This document shows, in pieces, positions 26,389-36,356 of a stretch of 64,000 bases of DNA. This stretch comes from Candidatus Aminicenantes bacterium (GTDB lineage: Bacteria > Acidobacteriota > Aminicenantia > Aminicenantales > JAFGBC01). Below the pieces are notes generated by a model. It was given only the letters and a program-made list of their open reading frames with translations. It did not search any database and was not told where the DNA came from. The first letter of the stretch is position 1. Every line of letters begins with the position of its first letter. Location: the NCBI GenBank assembly GCA_963702005.1, contig OY969696.1, positions 3,168,001-3,232,000 of the forward strand. The letters are read 5' to 3'. A program made the position numbers and the translations under genes.

Positions 26389-26447
26389 TTGACAAACGCC
26401 GATTCCCTTCCTATCCTTTAATATAGCCGCGTGGCAACTCGCTTGCT
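26389..26447 (+). promoter_or_regulatory. Tandem putative sigma70 and sigma54 promoters
   Basis: TTGACA-17-TATCCT (26389-26417) and TGGCAACTCGCTTGCT (26432-26447, GG-N10-GC). Confidence 0.5.
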
Positions 26448-26483
26448 CTTCGAACCGCCGGCCTAATAAATAAGGAGGGAGAG

Positions 26484-28616
26484 ATGAAAAAGATTGTCCT
26501 GATTCTGGTCGTCCTTTTGAGCATCGCCCTATTCAACACGACGGGACCCGCCGCGGGCCGATATCCAATCCCGGCCGCCGGTTCGTCTGCCCCTTCTCTC
26601 GGCCGTCCCAACCTCAGCCCGGAATTCGGGACGATCCCGCTCTACTTCATACCCAATCAAGGCCAAGCCGGCCGCGAGGTCTCGTTCTACGCTAAGACAT
26701 CCCGATACATGCTGGGGATCAGCCCGGAGGGATTTGTCTTCTCGGACGGCCGCTCTTGCTCCAGAATGACATTCCCTGGGATCGGCCGGAATGCCAAAGT
26801 CAGCGCCGTCGACCCGGCCGATTATACGGTCAATTACTTCATCGGGAACGATCCGTCGCGCTGGCGAACCGATATCCCGACATCCAAGGCCGTTCTCCTG
26901 GACGGCCTCTACCCGGATATCGACCTCAAGGTCTACGGGATCGAACGGCAAGTCGAATATGATTGGATCGTCGGGCCGGGCGGCCATCCCGAGGCGATCC
27001 GGATGGAATACTCGGGCGCCGGACAGGCCCGATTGGACGAAGACGGGAATGTGAAGATTCCGACTCCCTCCGGGGTTCTGATCCAAAGGAAGCCCATCAG
27101 CTATCAGGTCATCGATGGGCGTAAGATCCAGGTCGACTCCCGTTTCCGAAGGACGGGCCCGGAATCATTCGGAATTGAGGTCGGAGATTACGACCGAGGC
27201 CATCCCCTGATCATCGACCCCGTCGTCCTGGTCCAATCGAGCTATCTGGGAGGAAGCCAGTATGATGACGCCCACGCCCTGGCCGTCGACGCCGACGGAG
27301 CCGTCTACGTCGCCGGATCGACGGAATCCCTGAATTTCCCGACCAAGGCGGGGTTTGATAAATCCTTCGGCGGCTCTTATGACGCTTACGTCACCAAGTT
27401 TGCTCCCTCCGGGACGTCCCTCGTCTATTCCACATATCTCGGAGGCGGTCTCAGCGAACATCTCTATGGAATCGCCCTGGACGGGACCGGCGCCGCCTAC
27501 GTCACGGGCTCGACTTTGAGCCCCGGCTTTCCCACCAAGAACGGATACGATGATTCGTTCAACGGTTTGGAAGACGGCTTCGTCACCAAGCTAAACGCCA
27601 AGGGCAACGGCCTCGTCTTTTCGACTTTTATCGGGGGGTCCAACACGGATACTCCCTTTGATATCTGCCTCGACAGCCATGGCGCCGTCTACATCGTCGG
27701 CTGGACCAAGTCCTCCGGATACCCGACTAAGAACGCCTTTGATGCAACCCACAACGGGACTTATGACGCTTTCCTGACCAAGCTCACGCCGGAGTGCGAC
27801 GACCTGGTCTATTCGACTTTTCTGGGCGGGACTTGGCAGGATTGGGCCTACGATGTCGCGGTCGACAGCCGCGGATATGCTTATGTAGTCGGATCGACGG
27901 AATCCAAGAACTTCCCGGTCAAGAACGCTTATGACGCGACCCAGAACGGCCAGAACGACGCCTACCTGACGAAATTCTCCCCGACGGGGAAATCGTTGGT
28001 TTATTCGACTTTTATCGGCGGCAGTAGAAATGATTCAGCCTTGAGCATCGCGATTGACGCAAGCGGCGCCGCTTATATCACGGGAGAGACGGTCTCCCCC
28101 AATTTTCCGATCAAAAAGGCTTATAAAAGCGTTTACGGCGGTAGCTATGGAGACGGCTTCGTCCTCAAAATGGCCGCCAACGGAAAGGACCTGGTCTTCT
28201 CCACCTTCCTCGGCGGATCCGGCTACGACAGCGGGATCAGCCTCGTCTTGGACAGCGCGGGGAATATCTTGGTGACGGGCCAGACCGAATCCCGGGATTT
28301 CCCGATCAAAGACGCCTATCAAAGCACTCACCGGGGGGGCGTGGTGGATGCTTTTCTTACCAAGCTGAATCCCCAGGGCAACGCGCTTGTTTATTCCACT
28401 TTTCTCGGCGGCGGCGGGAGGGATTGCGGGATGGACGTCGTCACGGATTCTTCGGGCGCAGCCTATGTCACCGGATTTACGAGCTCTCCCAATTTCCCGA
28501 TTCGCGGCGCTTACGATCCTTCCTTAAACGGCAAATTCGACGCCTTCGTCGCCAAGTTGACCGATTCCTTGACAGAGGCGAAAAACACCAAACGGAGCGG
28601 CCCGCCGGAACGGTGA
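26484..28616 (+). CDS. Secreted SBBP-repeat beta-propeller protein (paralog of 2929-5067)
   Basis: Same N-domain and seven roughly 63-aa YSTFLGG...G.T.S.NFP repeats; TAAGGAGG RBS. Confidence 0.92.
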   Translation: MKKIVLILVVLLSIALFNTTGPAAGRYPIPAAGSSAPSLGRPNLSPEFGTIPLYFIPNQGQAGREVSFYAKTSRYMLGISPEGFVFSDGRSCSRMTFPGIGRNAKVSAVDPADYTVNYFIGNDPSRWRTDIPTSKAVLLDGLYPDIDLKVYGIERQVEYDWIVGPGGHPEAIRMEYSGAGQARLDEDGNVKIPTPSGVLIQRKPISYQVIDGRKIQVDSRFRRTGPESFGIEVGDYDRGHPLIIDPVVLVQSSYLGGSQYDDAHALAVDADGAVYVAGSTESLNFPTKAGFDKSFGGSYDAYVTKFAPSGTSLVYSTYLGGGLSEHLYGIALDGTGAAYVTGSTLSPGFPTKNGYDDSFNGLEDGFVTKLNAKGNGLVFSTFIGGSNTDTPFDICLDSHGAVYIVGWTKSSGYPTKNAFDATHNGTYDAFLTKLTPECDDLVYSTFLGGTWQDWAYDVAVDSRGYAYVVGSTESKNFPVKNAYDATQNGQNDAYLTKFSPTGKSLVYSTFIGGSRNDSALSIAIDASGAAYITGETVSPNFPIKKAYKSVYGGSYGDGFVLKMAANGKDLVFSTFLGGSGYDSGISLVLDSAGNILVTGQTESRDFPIKDAYQSTHRGGVVDAFLTKLNPQGNALVYSTFLGGGGRDCGMDVVTDSSGAAYVTGFTSSPNFPIRGAYDPSLNGKFDAFVAKLTDSLTEAKNTKRSGPPER

Positions 28617-28665
28617 TTGATCGGCGGACAAGGGCTCGGATGCGGGTGGCGGCGTTTATGGCCGG

Positions 28666-29463
28666 TCAAGGCTTGCGGACGGCGCAGGCGATGAGATAGC
28701 CTTGTCGCTTCAGGAGGCGGCTCCGCCGGTAGAGCCAGGCGAAGGGCGCGATGAGAGGCCACATCAGGACCGAGGCGGCCGGCCACTTCACATGAAGGGC
28801 GAGGTCGAACATGCGCAGCCAGCCGGGCATGAACAGGATCCCGGTCCGGGCCCGGATTTCGAAACCGGCCGCGCGAAGCATGGCCTCCAATTGGGCCATG
28901 GTGTAGGAATCCTCGTAGCCGTAAGCATAAAGGCCCAAGCCTTGCAGGACCGAGACCATGAGCGGCCTCAGGAAGACGTCGGCGCGGTTGGGAACTCCGA
29001 TGACGGCCAGGCCTCCCGGCTTCAAGACCCTGAAGCACTCGGCGATGGCCGCTCGGGCCTCAGGGACATGCTCGCAAGTGCCCATACTGTAGAGGGCGTC
29101 GAACGTCCCGTCTCGAAAGGCGATGGCGCGCACGTCCGAAATGACGGACTTGAGGTCGACTCCCCTCGATTTGAATTGGCGCCGGGCTTGGTCGAGGATC
29201 GGCAACGAAATGTCCATCCCGACGGCCTCGGCTCCGCGCCGGGCGCCGGCCCATTCTAGGATGCGGGTATTCTTGGCCTCGTCCCAGAGGTCGGTCTTGA
29301 GGATCTTCTTTCCGCTTAAATCCCCCAGATAATCATCGAACAAGGCCTGTTCGCAGTCCCGGTAGTATCGCGTCGAGGGCGCTCCGAAAAAGGGCGGGAT
29401 ATCGCCGCCGGCCGTCTCCCAAAAACGACGCTGGGAGCCTCGGCCTCCCTCGCCTGCCTTCAT
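28666..29463 (-). CDS. Class I SAM-dependent methyltransferase
   Basis: GMDIS, SDVRAIAFRDGTFD and ECFRVLKPGG; motif I is atypical (LKTDLWDE). Confidence 0.85.
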   Translation of the reverse strand: MKAGEGGRGSQRRFWETAGGDIPPFFGAPSTRYYRDCEQALFDDYLGDLSGKKILKTDLWDEAKNTRILEWAGARRGAEAVGMDISLPILDQARRQFKSRGVDLKSVISDVRAIAFRDGTFDALYSMGTCEHVPEARAAIAECFRVLKPGGLAVIGVPNRADVFLRPLMVSVLQGLGLYAYGYEDSYTMAQLEAMLRAAGFEIRARTGILFMPGWLRMFDLALHVKWPAASVLMWPLIAPFAWLYRRSRLLKRQGYLIACAVRKP

Positions 29464-29569
29464 AGACCGAGGAGTATCAATTTCGGGTCGTTGCTGTCAA
29501 GGCCAAAATGGCCCTCCTTCCGATTGACCGCGCCAGCGGCGCTCCATTACAATGGCGGCGGCAACAACC

Positions 29570-30805
29570 ATGGCCATCAGGGATTTGATCGATCACTCCA
29601 CGCGGCGCCGGTCCGTCCTCAAGGCCCTTCTGGCCGGGGCGGCACTCCCCTTCCCCCTGATCAAGATCGCTGAAGCCCGGCAGGCCGAGCCCTTCCGGAT
29701 TGTCAAGGACGGCATGGCCTACCGCCGCTTGGGGAGGACCGGGCTCAGGGTGTCCGAGATCGCCCTGGGCGGAAGTCCCCTTCCGGATTGGGACCTCCTC
29801 CTCCGGCTTGCCGAGCGCGGCATCAACTACATCGACACGTCCCATGCCTACGACAACGGGAACAGCGAACGCATGATCGGACGGCTGTTCAAGGCCGTCG
29901 GACGGGACAAGGTCGCCGTTTGCACGAAGTTCCACGTCGAAGGGGCTTGGAGCGAGAAAAGCATCGTCGCTTCCGTCGAAGGCAGCCTGCGCCGTCTCGG
30001 CACGGACGTCATCGATGTCCTGGCCATCCACGGAGCGGAGAATGCGGACGACCTGACCGACGAACGGCTTCTGGCCGCCTGGGACAAGCTCAAGTCCGGA
30101 GGCAAGTTCCGGTTCCGGGGATTATCCTGCCACTCGAACCATCAAGCCGTCATTTCCCGTGCGATCGACTGCGGGCTCTATGACATGGTCCAGCTGGGCT
30201 ACAACGTCTTCGACATCCAGGAAACGGAGAAGGATGTCAAAACCTACGGGGACTACGCCGGGGAGAGCGGTATCGGGGCGCTCATCGAACGCGCCCACGG
30301 CCGCGGCGTCGGCGTCATCGCCATGAAAGTCCTCAAGGTCGGAGGTCGAAGGCAGGACTTGGCCGCGATCCAAACCGGAGGCATCTCCCTCATCCAGGCC
30401 ATGCTCAAGTGGGCCTTGGCAAACGAAAAGCTGACAGCGGTCGTGACCGAGATCCTGAACTACGAGCAGATGGAGGATGACCTGAACGCCATCGGCCGTC
30501 CCCCCACGGCCGCAGAACGTGCGACCCTATTCGCCCACCTGTCCGCCTCAAAGAAGGATTTTTGCCATATGTGCGGGCTGTGCCGGGCGGTCTGCCCGGC
30601 CGGCATACGAACCACCGATATCCTCAGGGCGCTGGCCTACGCCGAAAGCTACGGCAAGGACCAGCGGGCCCGCCGGGAATACGGGGAGATACCCTCCGGC
30701 AAGTCCGCGCCCGCCTGCCGGGATTGTGGAGCCTGCGAGAACGTCTGCCCCTACGGACTTCCCCTCAGGCAAAAGATCCGCCGGGCCGAAGCCCTTCTGG
30801 GCTGA
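29570..30805 (+). CDS. Aldo/keto reductase with C-terminal 4Fe-4S dicluster domain and Tat-like leader
   Basis: RRLGRTGL, IDTSHAY, SLRRLGTD and IAMK; CHMCGLCRAVCP and CRDCGACENVCP; TRRRSVLK. Start 29570 preferred because ATG 29552 overlaps the -10 box. Confidence 0.9.
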   Translation: MAIRDLIDHSTRRRSVLKALLAGAALPFPLIKIAEARQAEPFRIVKDGMAYRRLGRTGLRVSEIALGGSPLPDWDLLLRLAERGINYIDTSHAYDNGNSERMIGRLFKAVGRDKVAVCTKFHVEGAWSEKSIVASVEGSLRRLGTDVIDVLAIHGAENADDLTDERLLAAWDKLKSGGKFRFRGLSCHSNHQAVISRAIDCGLYDMVQLGYNVFDIQETEKDVKTYGDYAGESGIGALIERAHGRGVGVIAMKVLKVGGRRQDLAAIQTGGISLIQAMLKWALANEKLTAVVTEILNYEQMEDDLNAIGRPPTAAERATLFAHLSASKKDFCHMCGLCRAVCPAGIRTTDILRALAYAESYGKDQRARREYGEIPSGKSAPACRDCGACENVCPYGLPLRQKIRRAEALLG

Positions 30806-30812
30806 GACCGGC

Positions 30813-32843
30813 TTAAGACCCCGTGACCCGCGGAAAAACCGAGATGCGGAGCCGGGCGCATCCCATCGGAATGAGCGTCACCTCCTCGGCCGGCTCGGCG
30901 GAAAAGACCGGCCCGGCAGGGAGCTTGCCGACCATTTTGCCTTCCGCTTTCCAGCCGGGAAGCCGCCGCGCGGTGGCCTTGAGGACGAGAGGGGCGGAGT
31001 CCGGAGTGAACGGCTGATAGGCCGGGGCGGCTTCTCCGGCGACCCGGATCGAATCCTCGGGCCGGGCGGGATCGACGATGAGCCCATAGTTCCAGGGCGT
31101 GGTCGGAAGGATTTCCCAGGCCGGCCAATCGTCCGTCCCTCCATAGCGCTTCCATTCCTCTCCGATTTTAAGGGAATACCAGAGCGGGCCGCGCCTGACC
31201 GAGACGGCGTTTCCGAGCGTCTCCCAGACCTTGACCTCGATCCTCTGCGGGAATTCGAGGCCGACCCGATCGCCGTTCTTCCATGTCCGGTTGACGACGA
31301 CATAGCGGCCGGCCTGGGCGTCGGCCGCCAGGTCCCGGCCGTTGAGGGTAAGCTTGGTCCCGCCGGCCCAGTCCGGGATCCGTAGGTAGAGGGGGAAGGC
31401 GACGGGCTTCGCCGTCCAGAGCGTAAGATCCACCGCCCCGGCGAAGGGATAACCCGTATCTTCGGCGATGGTGACCTCGGTTCCGTCTCCGGCTTTGGCC
31501 CGAACCTGGCAAGGCGCATAGAGAGCCGCGGCCAAGCCGTCGTCGAGGGTCCCCATCCAAAGATGCTCGGCGTAATAAGGCCAGCCGAAAGCGACGTTGT
31601 GCTGGCAGCAGCGATAGCTCCAGGGGTCGTAGGAGACGAGCGTTCCTCCGTTCTGAAAATCATGCTCGCCGCTCGCGTCGCAAGAGATGAGGTTGGGCGC
31701 GGTCAGGTAGTGGAGCGCCTTGAAGTCGGGCGTGAGCGCCGCGGGCAGGGAATTGAAGGCGATCTCCTCGGTCCGGTCGAGGTAGCGGCCCTCGCCCGTG
31801 ATGCGGGCCAGGGATTCGTCGCTGAACATAAGCTCGACCATCGTGCAGGTCTCGGCGCCTTGGCGGGGATCGCCGTGGCCGGGCCTGATGTTTTCGTCGG
31901 CGCCGAACATGCCGCCCGGTTGCCGGCCGTAAGCATCCATGATCGAACGGTAGTTCCGCTCGACGGCAGCGAGAAGCTCCGGGTCCTGCGACTGCTGAAA
32001 GAAGACGCCCGGCTGGCGGATGCCCATGGCGATGTTGACGCCGTGGTAGAATTCGCTCTCCACCCAGTTTTGATCCCGCTCGGCCGAGAGGATGGGCGAT
32101 GTCCAGTCCGAGGTCCGCTCGAAGAGGCGCTTGCCCAGGTTGAGGAGCCAGGCTTCCCCCGTCCTGTTGTAGAGCCAGTAGACGCTTTCGAGGTTGTCGC
32201 CGCCGCGGAGCTTCTGCCAACTGCCGGGCAGGAGCTTGTCGACGGGGAGGTCGAACTCGTAGCGGAAGTACCCGGTTATCAGGGGGAGGACGCGATCGTC
32301 GCCGGTCGCCTCATAATAGCTCTGAAAAGCGAACAGCATGACCATGTTGGGCCACAGGTCGAAGTTGGCTTTGTTCCCGGCCGGCCCGAAATAGCCGTCC
32401 GGCTGCTGGGAGCGGAGGGCCACCTCCAGCCAGCGCCGGGACCGGGCGATGATATCAGGATCCTTGAGGACATAGCCAAGGTCGCCGTAGCCCTTGAGCC
32501 AATAGGGCATCTCCTCCCATCCCTTGCCCTTGGGATCGATCCAGCCGCTGTCGGACTTGAGGAACCGGCTGATGTCTTCGAGCCGGCCCGTGAATCCATC
32601 GCGCATGAGCTGGAGCTGGCTCGCCAGCCAGCCTTTGGGATCGATCGCCCCGATCGGAAGCTTGATGAGCGGAGCGGGCCGGAGCGGCGGCCGGTTTGAC
32701 ACATAGAAATGGCTGGCCCCCTCCAGGGGAGGGGTCGGGACGCTCTTAACGGTCGAGACCATGGTTGCCTCCATGGAAGCGGAATAAGACAGGATGAGCA
32801 GGACTAAGAGAACTCCGAAGATCGCTTTGTTTTTTCCGGTCAT
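30813..32843 (-). CDS. Beta-L-arabinofuranosidase-like glycoside hydrolase (GH127/GH146)
   Basis: WEEMPYW, HGVN, ETC and RCCQHN Zn/Cys motifs, YPF, LRIP.W and LIPMGCARLRIS; signal peptide. Confidence 0.88.
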   Translation of the reverse strand: MTGKNKAIFGVLLVLLILSYSASMEATMVSTVKSVPTPPLEGASHFYVSNRPPLRPAPLIKLPIGAIDPKGWLASQLQLMRDGFTGRLEDISRFLKSDSGWIDPKGKGWEEMPYWLKGYGDLGYVLKDPDIIARSRRWLEVALRSQQPDGYFGPAGNKANFDLWPNMVMLFAFQSYYEATGDDRVLPLITGYFRYEFDLPVDKLLPGSWQKLRGGDNLESVYWLYNRTGEAWLLNLGKRLFERTSDWTSPILSAERDQNWVESEFYHGVNIAMGIRQPGVFFQQSQDPELLAAVERNYRSIMDAYGRQPGGMFGADENIRPGHGDPRQGAETCTMVELMFSDESLARITGEGRYLDRTEEIAFNSLPAALTPDFKALHYLTAPNLISCDASGEHDFQNGGTLVSYDPWSYRCCQHNVAFGWPYYAEHLWMGTLDDGLAAALYAPCQVRAKAGDGTEVTIAEDTGYPFAGAVDLTLWTAKPVAFPLYLRIPDWAGGTKLTLNGRDLAADAQAGRYVVVNRTWKNGDRVGLEFPQRIEVKVWETLGNAVSVRRGPLWYSLKIGEEWKRYGGTDDWPAWEILPTTPWNYGLIVDPARPEDSIRVAGEAAPAYQPFTPDSAPLVLKATARRLPGWKAEGKMVGKLPAGPVFSAEPAEEVTLIPMGCARLRISVFPRVTGS

Positions 32844-32861
32844 GACGCCTCCGGCGAATCG

Positions 32862-33332
32862 CTAAGACAGCCTCTTGATGATATGCCAGCCGTATTTGGA
32901 ATCCTTGGGATCGTGTTCGGCGAGGCCGATGCCGCCAACCTTGAGCCGGAAAGAGACGTCGCCGAAGGCCTTGACCATCTTGGCCCGGGCGTATTCCTTT
33001 TTGGCGGCGTCGGGAGCGATCCCGAAGTTGGACAGGCTGTAAACCCCGGGATACTCGTCGTCCGTGAATTGTTTGACGAGGGCGTCGAAGTCCTCTCCCT
33101 TCCTGGCCCGGGCGTAGAGCGCGAAGGCGAGCTCGCGGGCCTCCCGGAGGGACCGGGTGACCTTGGCCTCGGGGATTGACCCCTGAAAGGCGATCAGGAT
33201 GTGCTGAACCGTGACCCGGTCGGGGGCCTTCCGGGAACAGGCGGCCGGACCGAGAACGGCGGCGGCCAAAAGCAGGGCGGCCGGAATCGCTTTTCGGAAA
33301 ACGGAAGAGCTGATCATTTCAACCTCTCTCAT
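32862..33332 (-). CDS. Parvulin-type peptidyl-prolyl isomerase (lipoprotein)
   Basis: QHILI, GEDFDALV, MVKAF and SKYGWHIIKR; AAC lipobox. The start may be slightly downstream. Confidence 0.88.
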   Translation of the reverse strand: MREVEMISSSVFRKAIPAALLLAAAVLGPAACSRKAPDRVTVQHILIAFQGSIPEAKVTRSLREARELAFALYARARKGEDFDALVKQFTDDEYPGVYSLSNFGIAPDAAKKEYARAKMVKAFGDVSFRLKVGGIGLAEHDPKDSKYGWHIIKRLS

Positions 33333-34263
33333 CGAATCCCGGGGATCCGGGGTTTGGAAGCATCAGGCGGCCGCGGATATAGCGAATAATGGCGGCCGCG
33401 ATATTACGGACGAGCGCGTCCGGGACGCCGTCGATCGCCCGGGATTGGAGCCGAACGTCGCAGGATTCGTTGACGTAGTCGATGACGATGAACCGGCCGT
33501 CGGGCGCCAGGGCGATCTCGGTCGAGAAGAAGCGGAGCCGCGAAACCCCGGCGATCCGGGACACGACCTCGAACAGCGGCAGGAGGCCAAAGCCCTCGAC
33601 GTCTTCCGCCGAGAGCTCCCGGTAGCGGTGGGTCAGGTCGTCCCACCAGGCGCACTGGACGAGCCCGCAGCTGTAGAAGCCCCGGAACCAGAAACGGCGG
33701 CCGTCGCGCTCGAGGGGCCTGACTTTTTCCTGGACGAGGTACTTGTCGTCTCTGTATTCGCGCCTGGCGCCGAGGACGTCCTCGATTGAGACGGCGTTCT
33801 TGATAACGCCGATGCTCCCGCCCGTCGTGTTGGCGGGCTTGATGACGAAGGGCCGACCCAGGCGTTCGAGGTTGTCCGCGGCGATCTCGACCGCCTCGCT
33901 TCGGCTGAAGGGCGGGAGGATGACCGTGAACGGGGTCTGCAGGCCGGCCGTGATGAACTCGAGATGCATGGTCGCCTTGTCCGACGCCCAACGCAGGCTC
34001 TCGATCGGGTCGATGACGTCGATGCCGCGCCCGGCCAGGATTCTTTGGAGCGGGAGGAAATCGGGCGTCGTCGACGACGCGCGGTCGAACAGGAACCGGA
34101 CGGCGAGCTCGCCGGACTCGAGGCCGGCCAGGACGGCGCCGAGTCCGGAGGGAGGGATGGTCAGCGTCGAGAGCCCGAAGCCTTGAGCCTCTTCCCGGCA
34201 GAGGGCGATGAAATCCGCGTCGTATTCCCAGTCGTAGGCGAAGGCCAAGTCGACCGTAGTCAT
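33319..34263 (-). CDS. ATP-grasp fold protein of unknown function
   Basis: DKA, PFVIKPA..GGSIGV, YLVQEKV and IDYVNE; an extended -10 (TGcTATAAT, 34274-34282) lies just upstream of ATG 34263. Confidence 0.75.
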   Translation of the reverse strand: MTTVDLAFAYDWEYDADFIALCREEAQGFGLSTLTIPPSGLGAVLAGLESGELAVRFLFDRASSTTPDFLPLQRILAGRGIDVIDPIESLRWASDKATMHLEFITAGLQTPFTVILPPFSRSEAVEIAADNLERLGRPFVIKPANTTGGSIGVIKNAVSIEDVLGARREYRDDKYLVQEKVRPLERDGRRFWFRGFYSCGLVQCAWWDDLTHRYRELSAEDVEGFGLLPLFEVVSRIAGVSRLRFFSTEIALAPDGRFIVIDYVNESCDVRLQSRAIDGVPDALVRNIAAAIIRYIRGRLMLPNPGSPGFDERG

Positions 34264-34291
34264 GTTCGGGGCCATTATAGCACAGGCGGCT

Positions 34292-34915
34292 TTAGCCCAG
34301 GACCCGGACGAGACCCAGGCTGAGGTACAGGACGCCGGCGATGACGGCCGCGAGCTGGGCGATCGCCCGCAAGACGGGGTCCCGGGCCAAGCCGCCGGCT
34401 CCGGCGAGAGGAAGCAGAAAGACCGACGTGACCAGGAAGAAGACGGCGAAAAAGACGAGGCCGTAGCCGGGTCGTCCCGCCGCGATGACGTCGGTGAGCG
34501 CGGCCAGAAAGGGCGGGCAGAGGTTGAAGCCCATGAACAGGCCGAGGACCAGGGGCGTTCGCGCCCGGCCCAAAAGCGGGCCCAACCTCCGGCACAAGGC
34601 CAAGCCGGGGAAGCCGCGGACGAGTCCGAAGATGATCATCATCAGACCGATCCCGATATAGGGAATACCTGCCAACCCCGGGGGGAAGCGGCCCTGCAGA
34701 AGCCCTCCCGCCGCGCCGGCCGCCAGGCCGACCAGGAGATAGGCCGCCAACCGTCCGGCCACGAATTGAAGGAACGGGGCCCAGCGGGCGGCCGCGCCCT
34801 TCCTCTCCTCGGCCAGCAGGACCGGGAGGAGGACCGGGGCGCACGTCCCGAGGCAGAGGAGCCCCGTCGAAAGACCCAGGACAAAAGCGCGAGCGGCCGC
34901 CTCGAATAGGTTCAT
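34292..34915 (-). CDS. DsbD_2 / TauE-SafE-like membrane protein
   Basis: CLGTC and later CPP motifs; GRLAAY; six TM segments. Confidence 0.75.
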   Translation of the reverse strand: MNLFEAAARAFVLGLSTGLLCLGTCAPVLLPVLLAEERKGAAARWAPFLQFVAGRLAAYLLVGLAAGAAGGLLQGRFPPGLAGIPYIGIGLMMIIFGLVRGFPGLALCRRLGPLLGRARTPLVLGLFMGFNLCPPFLAALTDVIAAGRPGYGLVFFAVFFLVTSVFLLPLAGAGGLARDPVLRAIAQLAAVIAGVLYLSLGLVRVLG

Positions 34916-34940
34916 CGGTCAGCCCTTCGGAGCCGAACCG

Positions 34941-35153
34941 CTATTTCCGGACGTCGCTCCTGTCGAGCTGGAGCTCGCCCGTCGCGCTGAATCGGCCTTC
35001 GCGGAGCGGGATCTTCCGTCCGACTTTTTCCACGAGGCCGGATCCAAAGGCGAAGAACAGGATGGGGACGAGCAAAACGAGCAGGACGGCGATGAAATAG
35101 ATCAGCCTGATTCTGGCTGTGACGAGAAACGCGCGGATGTTGGCCATGACCAC
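34941..35153 (-). CDS. Small single-TM hypothetical protein
   Basis: AGGAAAGGGGA RBS; one hydrophobic helix; fills the gap in the operon. Confidence 0.55.
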   Translation of the reverse strand: MVMANIRAFLVTARIRLIYFIAVLLVLLVPILFFAFGSGLVEKVGRKIPLREGRFSATGELQLDRSDVRK

Positions 35154-35162
35154 TCCCCTTTC

Positions 35163-36356
35163 CTATCTCAAGAGCAGCGAGCCGGTCCTGATGAAATGAA
35201 GAAGCCTGAGCAGGCTCCCGGCGACCATCCCTCCGGAGATGATCCCCCCGAACAGGAGCGCGGCGAAAACGAACAGGCTGTCCGGCCTGAAGACCTCCCG
35301 CCAAAATTTCCCTTTGGCGGCCGCCCCGGCGTCCCCCCGGAGGGGCACGCCCAGCAGGGAGTACTGGATGGCGCCGCGCGGGCAGACCTCCATGCAACGG
35401 CCGCAACGAGTGCAGCTGATCGAGACCTTGTGCTTGGCCAGCGTTTCCTTGGTGATGGAGAAGGTCGGACACTCGCCGACGCAGGCGGCGCATTGGTTGC
35501 ATTTGTCCTTATCGACCCGGACCCGATAGGGATTGATGAGGCCGGCCAGGGATTGGAACGCCCCGAACGGGCAGAACAGCCCGCATTGAGTCCTCCGCTT
35601 CATGAGCAGGGGCAGGATGACGACGAGTCCCAGGAAGAGGCTGATGAAAAGCCCGGTCTGGATCCAGATCAGGAAGTTGACCGGCTTGACGAACTCGGTC
35701 ACGGCCTTGAACGGACAGAACCAGGTGCAGTAGACCGGCTCCAGGGCCAGGAAGGCCCACAGGACGATGACGGAAAGGAGGGCGAAGGGAAACCAGCGGA
35801 GCTTGGGGTTGAAGTTTTTGGAGGACAGTCGCCGTTTGGGAAGAAGCTTGGAGAAAAATTCGTCGAGCCCGCCGTAGAAGCAACCCCAGCTGCACCAGCC
35901 CTTGCCGATCGTCACGGTCGCGCCCAGCCAGAGGAAGAGCATCGGGAAGAAACCGAGGTTGGAGAAGAGCTTGGTCGGAAAGATCAGGACGCCGTAGACG
36001 AGGCCGGGAATGACGAGCATGGGGATGGTCAGGTGGCAGAGCGGCGTCGAAAGGTTGGCGATGTCCTGCCCGGTCAAGGCCAGGTGGCCTCGCTCCTCCA
36101 ACAGCATCGGGATGAATCCGACGACAAAGGCCAGGCTGTAGACCGAGAAGAACAGAGACCGGTAGCGGGAAACGAAGCCGGTCCGGAAGATGAGATAGCC
36201 CAAAGTGGTCAAAAAGACAAGATAGACGGCGCTGGCCGCCATCATCCGGGGATTCCTCTGGTTCCCGCCGATCAGCATGAAGGCCAGGAACAGAAAGAGG
36301 AGGGCTGTCAGGAAGATGGACGCAGCGCGCGAGTGAGAGTTGATGAGGTCTCTCAT
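35163..36356 (-). CDS. Membrane-bound 4Fe-4S binding protein (NapH/MauN/polyferredoxin-like)
   Basis: WCSWGCF, CTWFCP and CGLFCPFGA; two ferredoxin motifs CNQCAACVGECP and CTRCGRCMEVCP; ATGA overlap with the upstream gene. Confidence 0.9.
   Translation of the reverse strand: MRDLINSHSRAASIFLTALLFLFLAFMLIGGNQRNPRMMAASAVYLVFLTTLGYLIFRTGFVSRYRSLFFSVYSLAFVVGFIPMLLEERGHLALTGQDIANLSTPLCHLTIPMLVIPGLVYGVLIFPTKLFSNLGFFPMLFLWLGATVTIGKGWCSWGCFYGGLDEFFSKLLPKRRLSSKNFNPKLRWFPFALLSVIVLWAFLALEPVYCTWFCPFKAVTEFVKPVNFLIWIQTGLFISLFLGLVVILPLLMKRRTQCGLFCPFGAFQSLAGLINPYRVRVDKDKCNQCAACVGECPTFSITKETLAKHKVSISCTRCGRCMEVCPRGAIQYSLLGVPLRGDAGAAAKGKFWREVFRPDSLFVFAALLFGGIISGGMVAGSLLRLLHFIRTGSLLLR

Noticed and set aside
26484-28616. 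SBBP repeats as diversity-generating retroelement targets or DNA tandem repeats
   Set aside because: The repeats are protein-level and diverged at synonymous sites; I saw no reverse transcriptase or TR/VR pair.
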